Source: Eledone cirrhosa (Eukaryota). From it: a stretch of DNA of 64,000 nt. Where the stretch lies: contig OZ024741.1 in NCBI GenBank assembly GCA_964016885.1, forward strand, positions 410,874,001-410,938,000, in the 5' to 3' direction. The notes beneath the pieces are model-generated. The model saw only the letters and a program-made list of their open reading frames with translations, did no database searches and was not told the DNA's origin. The position numbers and the translations under genes were made by a program. This document shows, in pieces, positions 1 to 16,100 of the stretch (position 1 is its first letter; every line of letters begins with the position of its first letter).

Positions 1-3000
1 TCTATATCCTCTGTGTTATACGTATGTCCTACTGTTATATTATATTGTTCTATATCCTCTGTGTTATACGTATGTCTTACTGTTATATTATATTGTTCCA
101 TATTCTCTGTGTTATACGTATATACTACTGTTATATTATATTGTTCTATATCCTCTGTTATAACAATGTCCTACTGTTATATTATATTGTTCTATATCCT
201 CTGTGTTATACGTATTTCCTACTGTTATATAATATTGTCCTATATCCTCTGTTTTATACGTATGTCCTACTGTTATATTAAATTGTTCTATATCCTCTGT
301 GTTATACCTATGTCCTACTGTTATATTATACTGTTCTATATCATCTGTGTTATACGTATGTCCTACCGTTATATTATATTGTCCTATATCCTGTTTTATA
401 CGTGTGTCCTACTGTTATATTAAACCGTTCTATATCCTCTGTGCTATACCTATCTTCTACTGATATATTATACTCTTCTATAACCTCTGTGTTATTCGTA
501 TGTCCTACTGTTATATTATATTGTTCGATATCCTCTGTTATACCTATGACCTACTGTTATATTATATTGTTCTATATCCTCTGTTATACCTATGTCCTAC
601 AGTTATATTATATTGTTCTATATCCTCTGTGTTATACGCATGTCTTACTGTTATATTATATTGTTCTATATCCTCTGTGTTATACCTATATCCTACTCTT
701 ATATTATATTGTTCTATATCTTCTGTGTTATACGTATGTCCTACTGTTATATAATTTTGTCCTATATCCTCTGTTTTATACGTATGTCCTACTGTTATAT
801 TAAATTGATCTATATCCTCTGTGTTATACCTATGTCCTACTGTTATATTATACTGTTCTCTATCCTCTGTGTTATTCGTATGTCCTACTGTTATATTATA
901 TCGTTCTATATCCTCTGTTATACCTATGTCCTACTGTTATATTATATTGTTCTATATCCTCTGTGTTATACGTATGTCCTACTGTTATATTATATTGTTC
1001 TATATCCTCTGTGTTATACGTATGTCCTACTGTTATATTATATTGTTCTATATTATCTGTGTTATATGTATGTACTACTGTTATATTATATTGTTCTATA
1101 TCCTGTTATACCTATGTCCTACTGTTATATTTTATTGTTCTATATCCTATGTGTTATACGTATGTACTACTGTTATATTATATTGTTCTATATCCTCTGT
1201 TATACCTATGTCCTACTGTTATATTATATTGTTCTATATCCTCTGTTATACATATGTCCTAATGTATTATATTATTCTATATCCTCTGTGTTATATGTAT
1301 CTCCTACTGTTATATTATATTGTTCTATATCCTCTGTGTTATACCTATATCCTACTGTTATATTATATTGTTCTATATCCTCTGTGATATACCTATGTCC
1401 TACTGTTATATTATACTGTTCTATATCTTCTGTCTTATTCGTATGTCCTACTGTTATATTATATCGTTCTATATCCTGTTATACCTATGTCCTACTGTTA
1501 TATTATATTGTTCTATATCCTCTGGGTTATACGTATGTCTTACTGTTATATTATATTGTTCTATATCCTCTGTGTTATACGTATGTCCTACTGTTATATT
1601 ATATTGTTCTATATCCTCTGTGTTATACGTATGTCTTACTGTTATATTATATTGTTCCATATTCTCTGTGTTATACGTATGTACTACTGTTATATTATAT
1701 TGTTCTATATCCTCTGTTATAACAATGTCCTACTGTTATATTATATTGTTCTATATCCTCTGTGTTATACGTATTTCCTACTGTTATATAATATTGTCCT
1801 ATATCCTCTGTTTTATACGTATGTCCTACTGTTATATTAAATTGTTCTATATCCTCTGTGTTATACCTATGTCCTACTGTTATATTATACTGTTCTATAT
1901 CATCTGTGTTATACGTATGTCCTACCGTTATATTATATTGTCCTATATCCTGTTTTATACGTGTGTCCTACTGTTATATTAAACCGTTCTATATCCTCTG
2001 TGCTATACCTATCTTCTACTGATATATTATACTCTTCTATAACCTCTGTGTTATTCGTATGTCCTACTGTTATATTATATTGTTCGATATCCTCTGGTAT
2101 ACCTATGACCTACTGTTATATTATATTGTTCTATATCCTCTGTTATACCTATGTCCTACTGTTATATTATATTGTTCTATATCCTCTGTGTTATACGCAT
2201 GTCTTACTGTTATATTATATTGTTCTATATCCTGTGTTATACCTATGTCCTACTCTTATATTATGTTTCTATATCCTCTATGTTATACGTATGTCCTACT
2301 GTTATATTATATCGTTGTATATCCTCCGTGTTATACGTATGTCCTACTCTTATATTATATGTTACTATATCCTCTGTGTTATACCTATGTCATACAGTTT
2401 TATTATATTATTTTCTATCCTGTTTTATACGTATCTCCTACTGTTATATTATATTGTTGTATATCTTCTGTGTTATACCTATGTCCTACTGTTATATTAT
2501 ATTGTTCTATATCCTCTGTTATAACTATGTCCTACTGTTATATTATATTGTTCTATATTCTCTGTTATAACTATGTCCTACTGTTATATTATATTGTTCT
2601 ATATCCTCTGTTTTTCGCATGTCTTACTGTTATATTATATTGTTCTATATCCTCTGTGTTATACGTTTGTCCTACTGTTATATTATATTGTTCTATATCC
2701 TGTGTGTTATACGTATGTCCTACTGTTATATTATATTGTTCTATATCCTCTGTTATACCTATGTCCTACTGTTATATTATATTGTTCTATATCCTCTGTG
2801 TTATACGTATCTCCTACTGTTATATTATATTGTTGTATATCCTCTGTTATACGTATGTGCTACTGTTATATTATATTTTTCTATATCCTCTGTGTTATAC
2901 GTATGTCCTTCTGTTATATTATATTGTTCTATATCCTCTCTGTTATACGTATGTCCTACTGTTATATTATATTGTTCTATATCCTCTGTTATACCTATGT

Positions 3001-6000
3001 CCTACTGTTATATTATATTGTTCTATATCATCTGTGTTATACGTATGTCCTTCTGTTATATTATATTGTTCTATATCCTCTCTGTTATGCGTATGTCCTT
3101 CTGTTATATTATATTGTTCTATATCCTCTGTTATGCGTATGTCCTACTGTTATATTATATTGTCCTATATCCTGTTTTATACGTATGTCCTACTGTTATA
3201 TTAAATTGTTCTATATCCTCTGTGTTATACCTATGTTCTACTGTTATATTATACTCTTCTATATCCTCTGTGTTACACGTATGTCCTACTGTTATATTAT
3301 ATCGTTGTATATCCTCTGTGTTATACGTATGTCCTACTCTTATATTATATTGTTCTATATCCTCTGTGTTATACGTATGTCCTACTGTTATATTATATTG
3401 TTCTATATCCTCTGTGTTATACGTATGTCTTACTGTTATATTATATTGTTCCATATTCTCTGTGTTATACGTATGTACTACTGTTATATTATATTGTTCT
3501 ATATCCTCTGTTATAACAATGTCCTACTGTTATATTATATTGTTCTATATCCTGTTTTATACGTGTGTCCTACTGTTATATTAAACCGTTCTATATCCTC
3601 TGTGCTATACCTATCTTCTACTGATATATTATACTCTTCTATAACCTCTGTGTTATTCGTATGTCCTACTGTTATATTATATTGTTCGATATCCTCTGTT
3701 ATACCTATGACCTACTGTTATATTATATTGTTCTATATCCTCTGTTATACCTATGTCCTACTGTTATATTATATTGTTCTATATCCTCTGTGTTATACGC
3801 ATGTCTTACTGTTATATTATATTGTTCTATATCCTCTGTGTTATACCTATATCCTACTCTTATATTATATTGTTCTATATCTTCTGTGTTATACGTATGT
3901 CCTACTGTTATATAATTTTGTCCTATATCCTCTGTTTTATACGTATGTCCTACTGTTATATTAAATTGATCTATATCCTCTGTGTTATACCTATGTCCTA
4001 CTGTTATATTATACTGTTCTCTATCCTCTGTGTTATTCGTATGTCCTACTGTTATATTATATCGTTCTATATCCTCTGTTATACCTATGTCCTACTGTTA
4101 TATTATATTGTTCTATATCCTCTGTGTTATACGTATGTCCTACTGTTATATTATATTGTTGTATATCCTCTGTGTTATACGTATGTCCTACTGTTATATT
4201 ATATTGTTCTATATTATCTGTGTTATATGTATGTACTACTGTTATATTATATTGTTCTATATCCTCTGTTATACCTATGTCCTACTGTTATATTATATTG
4301 TTCTATATCCTATGTGTTATACGTATGTACTACTGTTATATTATATTGTTCTATATCCTCTGTTATACCTATGTCCTACTGTTATATTATATTGTTCTAT
4401 ATCCTCTGTTATACATATGTCCTAATGTATTATATTATTCTATATCCTCTGTGTTATATGTATCTCCTACTGTCATATTATATTGTTCTATATCCTCTGT
4501 GTTATACCTATATCCTACTGTTATATTATATTGTTCTATATCCTCTGTGTTATACCTATGTCCTACTGTTATATTATACTGTTCTATATCTTATGTCTTA
4601 TTCGTATGTCCTACTGTTATATTATATCGTTCTATATCCTGTTATACCTATGTCCTACTGTTATATTATATTGTTCTATATCCTCTGGGTTATACGTATG
4701 TCTTACTGTTATATTATATTGTTCTATATCCTCTGTGTTATACGTATGTCCTACTGTTATATTATATTGTTCTATATCCTCTGTGTTATACGTATGTCTT
4801 ACTGTTATATTATATTGTTCCATATTCTCTGTGTTATACGTATGTACTACTGTTATATTATATTGTTCTATATCCTCTGTTATAACAATGTCCTACTGTT
4901 ATATTATATTGTTCTATATCCTCTGTGTTATACGTATTTCCTACTGTTATATAATATTGTCCTATATCCTCTGTTTTATACGTATGTCCTACTGTTATAT
5001 TAAATTGTTCTATATCCTCTGTGTTATACCTATGTCCTACTGTTATATTATACTGTTCTATATCATCTGTGTTATACGTATGTCCTACCGTTATATTATA
5101 TTGTCCTATATCCTGTTTTATACGTGTGTCCTACTGTTATATTAAACCGTTCTATATCCTCTGTGCTATACCTATCTTCTACTGATATATTATACTCTTC
5201 TATAACCTCTGTGTTATTCGTATGTCCTACTGTTATATTATATTGTTCGATATCCTCTGTTATACCTATGACCTACTGTTATATTATATTGTTCTATATC
5301 CTCTGTTATACCTATGTCCTACTGTTATATTATATTGTTCTATATCCTCTGTGTTATACGCATGTCTTACTGTTATATTATATTGTTCTATATCCTCTGT
5401 GTTATACCTATATCCTACTCTTATATTATATTGTTCTATATCTTCTGTGTTATACGTATGTCCTACTGTTATATAATTTTGTCCTATATCCTCTGTTTTA
5501 TACGTATGTCCTACTGTTATATTAAATTGATCTATATCCTCTGTGTTATACCTATGTCCTACTGTTATATTATACTGTTCTCTATCCTCTGTGTTATTCG
5601 TATGTCCTACTGTTATATTATATCGTTCTATATCCTCTGTTATACCTATGTCCTACTGTTATATTATATTGTTCTATATCCTCTGTGTTATACGTATGTC
5701 CTACTGTTATATTATATTGTTCTATATCCTCTGTGTTATACGTATGTCCTACTGTTATATTATATTGTTCTATATTATCTGTGTTATATGTATGTACTAC
5801 TGTTATATTATATTGTTCTATATCCTGTTATACCTATGTCCTACTGTTATATTTTATTGTTCTATATCCTATGTGTTATACGTATGTACTACTGTTATAT
5901 TATATTGTTCTATATCCTCTGTTATACCTATGTCCTACTGTTATATTATATTGTTCTATATCCTCTGTTATACATATGTCCTAATGTATTATATTATTCT

Positions 6001-8384
6001 ATATCCTCTGTGTTATATGTATCTCCTACTGTTATATTATATTGTTCTATATCCTCTGTGTTATACCTATATCCTACTGTTATATTATATTGTTCTATAT
6101 CCTCTGTGTTATACCTATGTCCTACTGTTATATTATACTGTTCTATATCTTCTGTCTTATTCGTATGTCCTACTGTTATATTATATCGTTCTATATCCTG
6201 TTATACCTATGTCCTACTGTTATATTATATTGTTCTATATCCTCTGGGTTATACGTATGTCTTACTGTTATATTATATTGTTCTATATCCTCTGTGTTAT
6301 ACGTATGTCCTACTGTTATATTATATTGTTCTATATCCTCTGTGTTATACGTATGTCTTACTGTTATATTATATTGTTCCATATTCTCTGTGTTATACGT
6401 ATGTACTACTGTTATATTATATTGTTCTATATCCTCTGTTATAACAATGTCCTACTGTTATATTATATTGTTCTATATCCTCTGTGTTATACGTATTTCC
6501 TACTGTTATATAATATTGTCCTATATCCTCTGTTTTATACGTATGTCCTACTGTTATATTAAATTGTTCTATATCCTCTGTGTTATACCTATGTCCTACT
6601 GTTATATTATACTGTTCTATATCATCTGTGTCATACGTATGTCCTACCGTTATATTATATTGTCCTATATCCTGTTTTATACGTATGTCCTACTGTTATA
6701 TTAAACCGTTCTATATCCTCTGTGCTATACCTATCTTCTACTGATATATTATACTCTTCTATAACCTCTGTGTTATTCGTATGTCCTACTGTTATATTAT
6801 ATTGTTCGATATCCTCTGGTATACCTATGACCTACTGTTATATTATATTGTTCTATATCCTCTGTGTTATACGCATGTCTTACTGTTATATTATATTGTT
6901 CTATATCCTGTGTTATACCTATGTCCTACTCTTATATTATGTTTCTATATCCTCTATGTTATACGTATGTCCTACTGTTATATTATATCGTTGTATATCC
7001 TCCGTGTTATACGTATGTCCTACTCTTATATTATATGTTACTATATCCTCTGTGTTATACCTATGTCATACAGTTTTATTATATTATTTTCTATCCTGTT
7101 TTATACGTATCTCCTACTGTTATATTATATTGTTGTATATCTTCTGTGTTATACCTATGTCCTACTGTTATATTATATTGTTCTATATCCTCTGTTATAA
7201 CTATGTCCTACTGTTATATTATATTGTTCTATATTCTCTGTTATAACTATGTCCTACTGTTATATTATATTGTTCTATATCCTCTGTTTTTCGCATGTCT
7301 TACTGTTATATTATATTGTTCTATATCCTCTGTGTTATACGTTTGTCCTACTGTTATATTATATTGTTCTATATCCTGTGTGTTATACGTATGTCCTACT
7401 GTTATATTATATTGTTCTATATCCTCTGTTATACCTATGTCCTACTGTTATATTATATTGTTCTATATCCTCTGTGTTATACGTATCTCCTACTGTTATA
7501 TTATATTGTTGTATATCCTCTGTTATACGTATGTGCTACTGTTATATTATATTTTTCTATATCCTCTGTGTTATACGTATGTCCTTCTGTTATATTATAT
7601 TGTTCTATATCCTCTCTGTTATACGTATGTCCTACTGTTATATTATATTGTTCTATATCCTCTGTTATACCTATGTCCTACTGTTATATTATATTGTTCT
7701 ATATCATCTGTGTTATACGTATGTCCTTCTGTTATATTATATTGTTCTATATCCTCTCTGTTATGCGTATGTCCTTCTGTTATATTATATTGTTCTATAT
7801 CCTCTGTTATGCGTATGTCCTACTGTTATATTAAATTGTTCTATATCCTCTGTGTTATACCTATGTTCTACTGTTATATTATACTCTTCTATATCCTCTG
7901 TGTTACACGTATGTCCTACTGTTATATTATATCGTTGTATATCCTCTGTGTTATACGTATGTCCTACTCTTATATTATATTGTTCTATATCCTCTGTGTT
8001 ATACGTATGTCCTACTGTTATATTATATTGTTCTATATCCTCTGTGTTATACGTATGTCTTACTGTTATATTATATTGTTCCATATTCTCTGTGTTATAC
8101 GTATGTACTACTGTTATATTATATTGTTCTATATCCTCTGTTATAACAATGTCCTACTGTTATATTATATTGTTCTATATCCTCTGTGTTATACGTATTT
8201 CCTACTGTTATATAATATTGTCCTATATCCTCTGTTTTATACGTATGTCCTACTGTTATATTAAATTGTTCTATATCCTCTGTGTTATACCTATGTCCTA
8301 CTGTTATATTATACTGTTCTATATCATCTGTGTTATACGTATGTCCTACCGTTATATTATATTGTCCTATATCCTGTTTTATAC

Positions 8385-11300
8385 GTGTGTCCTACTGTTA
8401 TATTAAACCGTTATATATCCTCTGTGCTATACCTATCTTCTACTGATATATTATACTCTTCTATAACCTCTGTGTTATTCGTATGTCCTACTGTTATATT
8501 ATATTGTTCGATATCCTCTGTTATACCTATGACCTACTGTTATATTATATTGTTCTATATCCTCTGTTATACCTATGTCCTACTGTTATATTATATTGTT
8601 CTATATCCTCTGTGTTATACGCATGTCTTACTGTTATATTATATTGTTCTATATCCTCTGTGTTATACCTATATCCTACTCTTATATTATATTGTTCTAT
8701 ATCCTCTGTGTTATACGTATGTCCTACTGTTATATAATTTTGTCCTATATCCTCTGTTTTATACGTATGTCCTACTGTTATATTAAATTGATCTATATCC
8801 TCTGTGTTATACCTATGTCCTACTGTTATATTATACTGTTCTCTATCCTCTGTGTTATTCGTATGTCCTACTGTTATATTATATCGTTCTATATCCTCTG
8901 TTATACCTATGTCCTACTGTTATATTATATTGTTCTATATCCTCTGTGTTATACGTATGTCCTACTGTTATATTATATTGTTCTATATCCTCTGTGTTAT
9001 ACGTATGTCCTACTGTTATATTATATTGTTCTATATTATCTGTGTTATATGTATGTACTACTGTTATATTATATTGTTCTATATCCTCTGTTATACCTAT
9101 GTCCTACTGTTATATTATATTGTTCTATATCCTATGTGTTATACGTATGTACTACTGTTATATTATATTGTTCTATATCCTCTGTGTTATACGTATCTCC
9201 TACTGTTATATTATATTGTTGTATATCCTCTGTTATACGTATGTGCTACTGTTATATTATATTTTTCTATATCCTCTGTGTTATACGTATGTCCTTCTGT
9301 TATATTATATTGTTCTATATCCTCTCTGTTATACGTATGTCCTACTGTTATATTATATTGTTCGATATCCTCTGTGTTATACGTATCTCCTACTGTTATA
9401 TTATATTGTTCTATATCCTCTGTTATACCTATGTCCTACTGTTATATTATATTGTTCTATATCATCTGTGTTATACGTATGTCCTTCTGTTATATTATAT
9501 TGTTCTATATCCTCTCTGTTATGCGTATGTCCTTCTGTTATATTATATTGTTCTATATCCTCTGTTATGCGTATGTCCTACTGTTATATTATATTGTCCT
9601 ATATCCTGTTTTATACGTATGTCCTACTGTTATATTAAATTGTTCTATATCCTCTGTGTTATACCTATGTTCTACTGTTATATTATACTCTTCTATATCT
9701 TCTGTGTTACACGTATGTCCTACTGTTATATTATATCGTTGTATATCCTCTGTGTTATACGTATGTCCTACTCTTATATTATATGTTTCTATATCCGCTG
9801 TGTTATACGTATGTTCTACTCTTATATTATATGTTTCTATATCCTCTGTGTTATACCTATGTCCTACTGTTATATTATATTGTTCTATATCCTCTGTTAT
9901 ACCTATGTCCTACTCTTATATTATATTGTTCTATATCATCTGTTATACCTATGTCCTACTGTTATAATATATTGTTCTATATCCTCAGTGTTATACGTAT
10001 GCCTACTGTTATATTATATTGTTCTATATCTTCTGTGTTATTCGTATGTCCTACTGTTATATTATATTGTTCGATATCCTCTGTTATACCTATGACCTAC
10101 TGTTATATTATATTGTTCTATATCCTCTGTTATACCAATGTCCTACTGTTATATTATATTGTTCTATATCCTCTGTGTTATGCGCATGTCTTACTGTTAT
10201 ATTATATTGTTCTATATCCTCTGTGTTATACCTATGTCCTACTCTTATATTATGTTTCTATATCCTCTGTGTTATACGTATGTCCTACTGTTATATTAAA
10301 TTGTTCTATATCCTCTGTGTTATACGTATGTCCTACCGTTATATTATATTGTCCTATATCCTGTTTTATACGCATGTGTTACTGTTATATTATATTGTTC
10401 TATATCCTCTGTGTTATACCTATGTGCTACTCTTATATTATGTTTCTATATCCTCTGTGTTATACGTATGTCCTACTGTTATATTATATCGTTGTATATC
10501 CTCTGTGTTATACGTATGTCCTACTCATATATTATATGTTACTATATCGTCTGTCTTATACCTATGTCATACAGTTTTATTATATTATTTTCTATCCTCT
10601 GTTTTATACCTATATCCTACTGTTATATTACATTATTCTATATCCTCTGTGTTATACGTATGTCCTACTGTTATATTATATTGTTCTATATCTTCTGTGT
10701 TATACCTATGTCCTACTGTTATATTAAATTGTTCTATATCCTCTGTTATAACTATGTCCTACTGTTATATTTTATTGTTCTATATCCTCTGTGTTATACG
10801 CATGTCTTACTGTTATATTATATTGTTCTATATCCTCTGTGTTATACGTTTGTCCTACTGTTATATTATATTGTTCTATATCCTGTGTGTTATACGTATG
10901 TCCTACTGTTATATTATATTGTTCTATATCCTCTGTGTTATATGTACGTCCTACTGTTATATTATATTGTTCTATATCCTCTGTTATACCTATGTCCTAC
11001 TGTTATATTATATTCTTCTATATCCTCTGTGTTATACGTATCTCCTACTGTTATATTATATTGTTGTATATCCTCTGTTATACGTATGTCCTACTGTTAT
11101 ATTATATTGTTCTATATCCTCTGTGTTATACGTATGTCCTTCTGTTATATTATATTGTTCTATATCCTCTCTGTTATACGTATGTCCTACTGTTATATTA
11201 TATTGTACGATATCCCCTGTGTTATACGTATCTCCTACTGCTATATTATATTGTTCTATATCCTCTGTTATACCTATGTCCTACTGTTATATTATATTGT

Positions 11301-14300
11301 TCTATATCCTCTGTGTTATACGTATGTCCTTCTGTTATATTATATTGTTCTATATCCTCTGTGTTATGCGTATGTCCTACTGTTATATTATATTGTCCTA
11401 TATCCTGTTTTATACGTATGTCTTACTGTTATATTAAATTGTTCTATATCCTCTGTGTTATACCTATGTTCTACTGTTATATAATATTGTCCTATATCCT
11501 CTGTTTTATACGTATGTCCTACTGTTATATTATATTGTTCTATATCCTCTGTTATACGTATGTCCTACTGTTATATTATATTGTCTATATTCTCTGTGTT
11601 ATACGTATCTCCTACTGTTATATTATATTGTTCTATATCCTCTGTTATACCTATGTCCTACTGTTATATTATATTGTTCTATATCCTGTGTTATACGTAT
11701 GTCCTTCTGTTATATTATATTGTTTTATATCCTCTCTGTTATACGTATGTCCTAATGTTATACGATATTGTTCTATATCCTGTTTTATACGTATGTCCTA
11801 CTGTTATATTATATCGTTGTATATCCTCTGTGTTATACGTATGTCCTACTGTTATATTATATCGTTGTATATCCTCTGTGTTATACGTATGTCCTACTCT
11901 TATATTATATGTTTGTATATCCTCTGTGTTATACCTATGTCCTACTGTAATATGATATTGTTCTATATCCTCTGTTATACCTATGTCCTACTGTTATATT
12001 ATATTGTTATATATCCTCTGTTATACCTAAGTCCTACTGTTATATTATATTGTTCTATATCCTCTGTGTTATACGTATGTCCTACTGTTATATTATATTG
12101 TTCTATATCCTCTGTGTTATACGTATGTCTTACTGTTATATTATATTGTTCCATATTCTCTGTGTTATACGTATGTACTACTGTTATATTATATTGTTCT
12201 ATATCCTCTGTTATAACAATGTCCTACTGTTATATTATATTGTTCTATATCCTCTGTGTTATACGTATTTCCTACTGTTATATAATATTGTCCTATATCC
12301 TCTGTTTTATACGTATGTCCTACTGTTATATTAAATTGTTCTATATCCTCTGTGTTATACCTATGTCCTACTGTTATATTATACTGTTCTATATCATCTG
12401 TGTTATACGTATGTCCTACCATTATATTATATTGTCCTATATCCTGTTTTATACGTGTGTCCTACCGTTATATTAAACCGTTCTATATCCTCTGTGCTAT
12501 ACCTATCTTCTACTGATATATTATACTCTTCTATAACCTCTGTGTTATTCGTATGTCCTACTGTTATATTATATTGTTCGATATCCTCTGTTATACCTAT
12601 GACCTACTGTTATATTATATTGTTCTATATCCTCTGTTATACCTATGTCCTACTGTTATATTATATTGTTCTATATCCTCTGTGTTATACGCATGTCTTA
12701 CTGTTATATTATATTGTTTTATATCCTCTGTGTTATACCTATATCCTACTCTTATATTATATTGTTCTATATCTTCTGTGTTATACGTATGTCCTACTGT
12801 TATATAATTTTGTCCTATATCCTCTGTTTTATACGTATGTCCTACTGTTATATTAAATTGATCTATATCCTCTGTGTTATACCTATGTCCTACTGTTATA
12901 TTATACTGTTCTCTATCCTCTGTGTTATTCGTATGTCCTACTGTTATATTATATCGTTCTATATCCTCTGTTATACCTATGTCCTACTGTTATATTATAT
13001 TGTTCTATATCCTCTGTGTTATACGTATGTCCTACTGTTATATTATATTGTTCTATATCCTCTGTGTTATACGTATGTCCTACTGTTATATTATATTGTT
13101 CTATATTATCTGTGTTATATGTATGTACTACTGTTATATTATATTGTTCTATATCCTCTGTTATACCTATGTCCTACTGTTATATTATATTGTTCTATAT
13201 CCTATGTGTTATACGTATGTACTACTGTTATATTATATTGTTCTATATCCTCTGTGTTATACGTATCTCCTACTGTTATATTATATTGTTGTATATCCTC
13301 TGTTATACGTATGTGCTACTGTTATATTATATTTTTCTATATCCTCTGTGTTATACGTATGTCCTTCTGTTATATTATATTGTTCTATATCCTCTCTGTT
13401 ATACGTATGTCCTACTGTTATATTATATTGTTCGATATCCTCTGTGTTATACGTATCTCCTACTGTTATATTATATTGTTCTATATCCTCTGTTATACCT
13501 ATGTCCTACTGTTATATTATATTGTTCTATATCATCTGTGTTATACGTATGTCCTTCTGTTATATTATATTGTTCTATATCCTCTCTGTTATGCGTATGT
13601 CCTTCTGTTATATTATATTGTTCTATATCCTCTGTTATGCGTATGTCCTACTGTTATATTATATTGTCCTATATCCTGATTTATACGTATGTCCTACTGT
13701 TATATTAAATTGTTCTATATCCTCTGTGTTATACCTATGTTCTACTGTTATATTATACTCTTCTATATCCTCTGTGTTACACGTATGTCCCACTGTTATA
13801 TTATATCGTTGTATATCCTCTGTGTTATACGTATGTCCTACTCTTATATTATATGTTTCTATATCCGCTGTGTTATACGTATGTCCTACTCTTATATTAT
13901 ATGTTTCTATATCCTCTGTGTTATACCTATGTCCTACTGTTATATTATATTGTTCTATATCCTCTGTTATACCTATGTCCTACTCTTATATTATATTGTT
14001 CTATATCATCTGTTATACCTATGTCCTACTGTTATAATATATTGTTCTATATCCTCAGTGTTATACGTATGCCTACTGTTATATTATGTTGTTCTATATC
14101 TTCTGTGTTATTCGTATGTCCTACTGTTATATTATATTGTTCGATATCCTCTGTTATACCTATGACCTACTGTTATATTATATTGTTCTATATCCTCTGT
14201 TATACCAATGTCCTACTGTTATATTATATTGTTCTATATCCTCTGTGTTATACGCATGTCTTACTGTTATATTATATTGTTCTATATCCTCTGTGTTATA

Positions 14301-16100
14301 CCTATGTCCTACTCTTATATTATGTTTCTATATCCTCTGTGTTATACGTATGTCCTACTGTTATATTAAATTGTTCTATATCCTCTGTGTTATACGTATG
14401 TCCTACCGTTATATTATATTGTCCTATATCCTGTTTTATACGCATGTGTTACTGTTATATTATATTGTTCTATATCCTCTGTGTTATACCTATGTGCTAC
14501 TCTTATATTATGTTTCTATATCCTCTGTGTTATACGTATGTCCTACTGTTATATTATATCGTTGTATATCCTCTCTGTTATACGTATGTCCTACTCATAT
14601 ATTATATGTTACTATATCGTCTGTGTTATACCTATGTCATACAGTTTTATTATATTATTTTCTATCCTCTGTTTTATACCTATATCCTACTGTTATATTA
14701 CATTATTCTATATCCTCTGTGTTATACGTATGTCCTACTGTTATATTATATTGTTCTATATCTTCTGTGTTATACCTATGTCCTACTGTTATATTAAATT
14801 GTTCTATATCCTCTGTTATAACTATGTCCTACTGTTATATTTTATTGTTCTATATCCTCTGTGTTATACGCATGTCTTACTGTTATATTATATTGTTCTA
14901 TATCCTCTGTGTTATACGTTTGTCCTACTGTTATATTATATTGTTCTATATCCTGTGTGTTATACGTATGTCCTACTGTTATATTATATTGTTCTATATC
15001 CTCTGTGTTATATGTACGTCCTACTGTTATATTATATTGTTCTATATCCTCTGTTATACCTATGTCCTACTGTTATATTATATTCTTCTATATCCTCTGT
15101 GTTATACGTATCTCCTACTGTTATATTATATTGTTGTATATCCTCTGTTATACGTATGTCCTACTGTTATATTATATTGTTCTATATCCTCTTTGTTATA
15201 CGTATGTCCTTCTGTTATATTATATTGTTCTATATCCTCTCTGTTATACGTATGTCCTACTGTTATATTATATTGTACGATATCCCCTGTGTTATACGTA
15301 TCTCCTACTGCTATATTATATTGTTGTATATCCTCTGTTATACGTATGTCCTACTGTTATATTATATTGTTCTATATCCTCTGTGTTATACGTATGTCCT
15401 TCTGTTATATTATATTGTTCTATATCCTCTGTGTTATGCGTATGTCCTACTGTTATATTATATTGTCCTATATCCTGTTTTATACGTATGTCCTACTGTT
15501 ATATTAAATTGTTCTATATCCTCTGTGTTATACCTATGTTCTACTGTTATATAATATTGTCCTATATCCTCTGTTTTATACGTATGTCCTACTGTTATAT
15601 TATATTGTTCTATATCCTCTGTTATACGTATGTCCTACTGTTATATTATATTGTCTATATCCTCTGTGTTATACGTATCTCCTACTGTTATATTATATTG
15701 TTCTATATCCTCTGTTATACCTATGTCCTACTGTTATATTATATTGTTCTATATCCTGTGTTATACGTATGTCCTTCTGTTATATTATATTGTTTTATAT
15801 CCTCTCTGTTATACGTATGTCCTAATGTTATACGATATTGTTCTATGTCCTGTTTTATACGTATGTCCTACTGTTATATTATATCGTTGTATATCCTCTG
15901 TGTTATACGTATGTCCTACTGTTATATTATATCGTTGTATATCCTCTGTGTTATACGTATGTCCTACTCTTATATTATATGTTTCTATATCCTCTGTGTT
16001 ATACCTATGTCCTACTGTAATATGATATTGTTCTATATCCTCTGTTATACCTATGTCCTACTGTTATATTATATTGTTATATATCCGCTGTTATACCTAA
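8385..16100. repeat. Higher-order tandem duplication in array A with a 4070-bp period
   Basis: Near-identical ORF-track translations start at a constant offset: 8385/12455, 8804/12874, 9783/13853, 10411/14481, 11560/15630. Confidence 0.9.
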
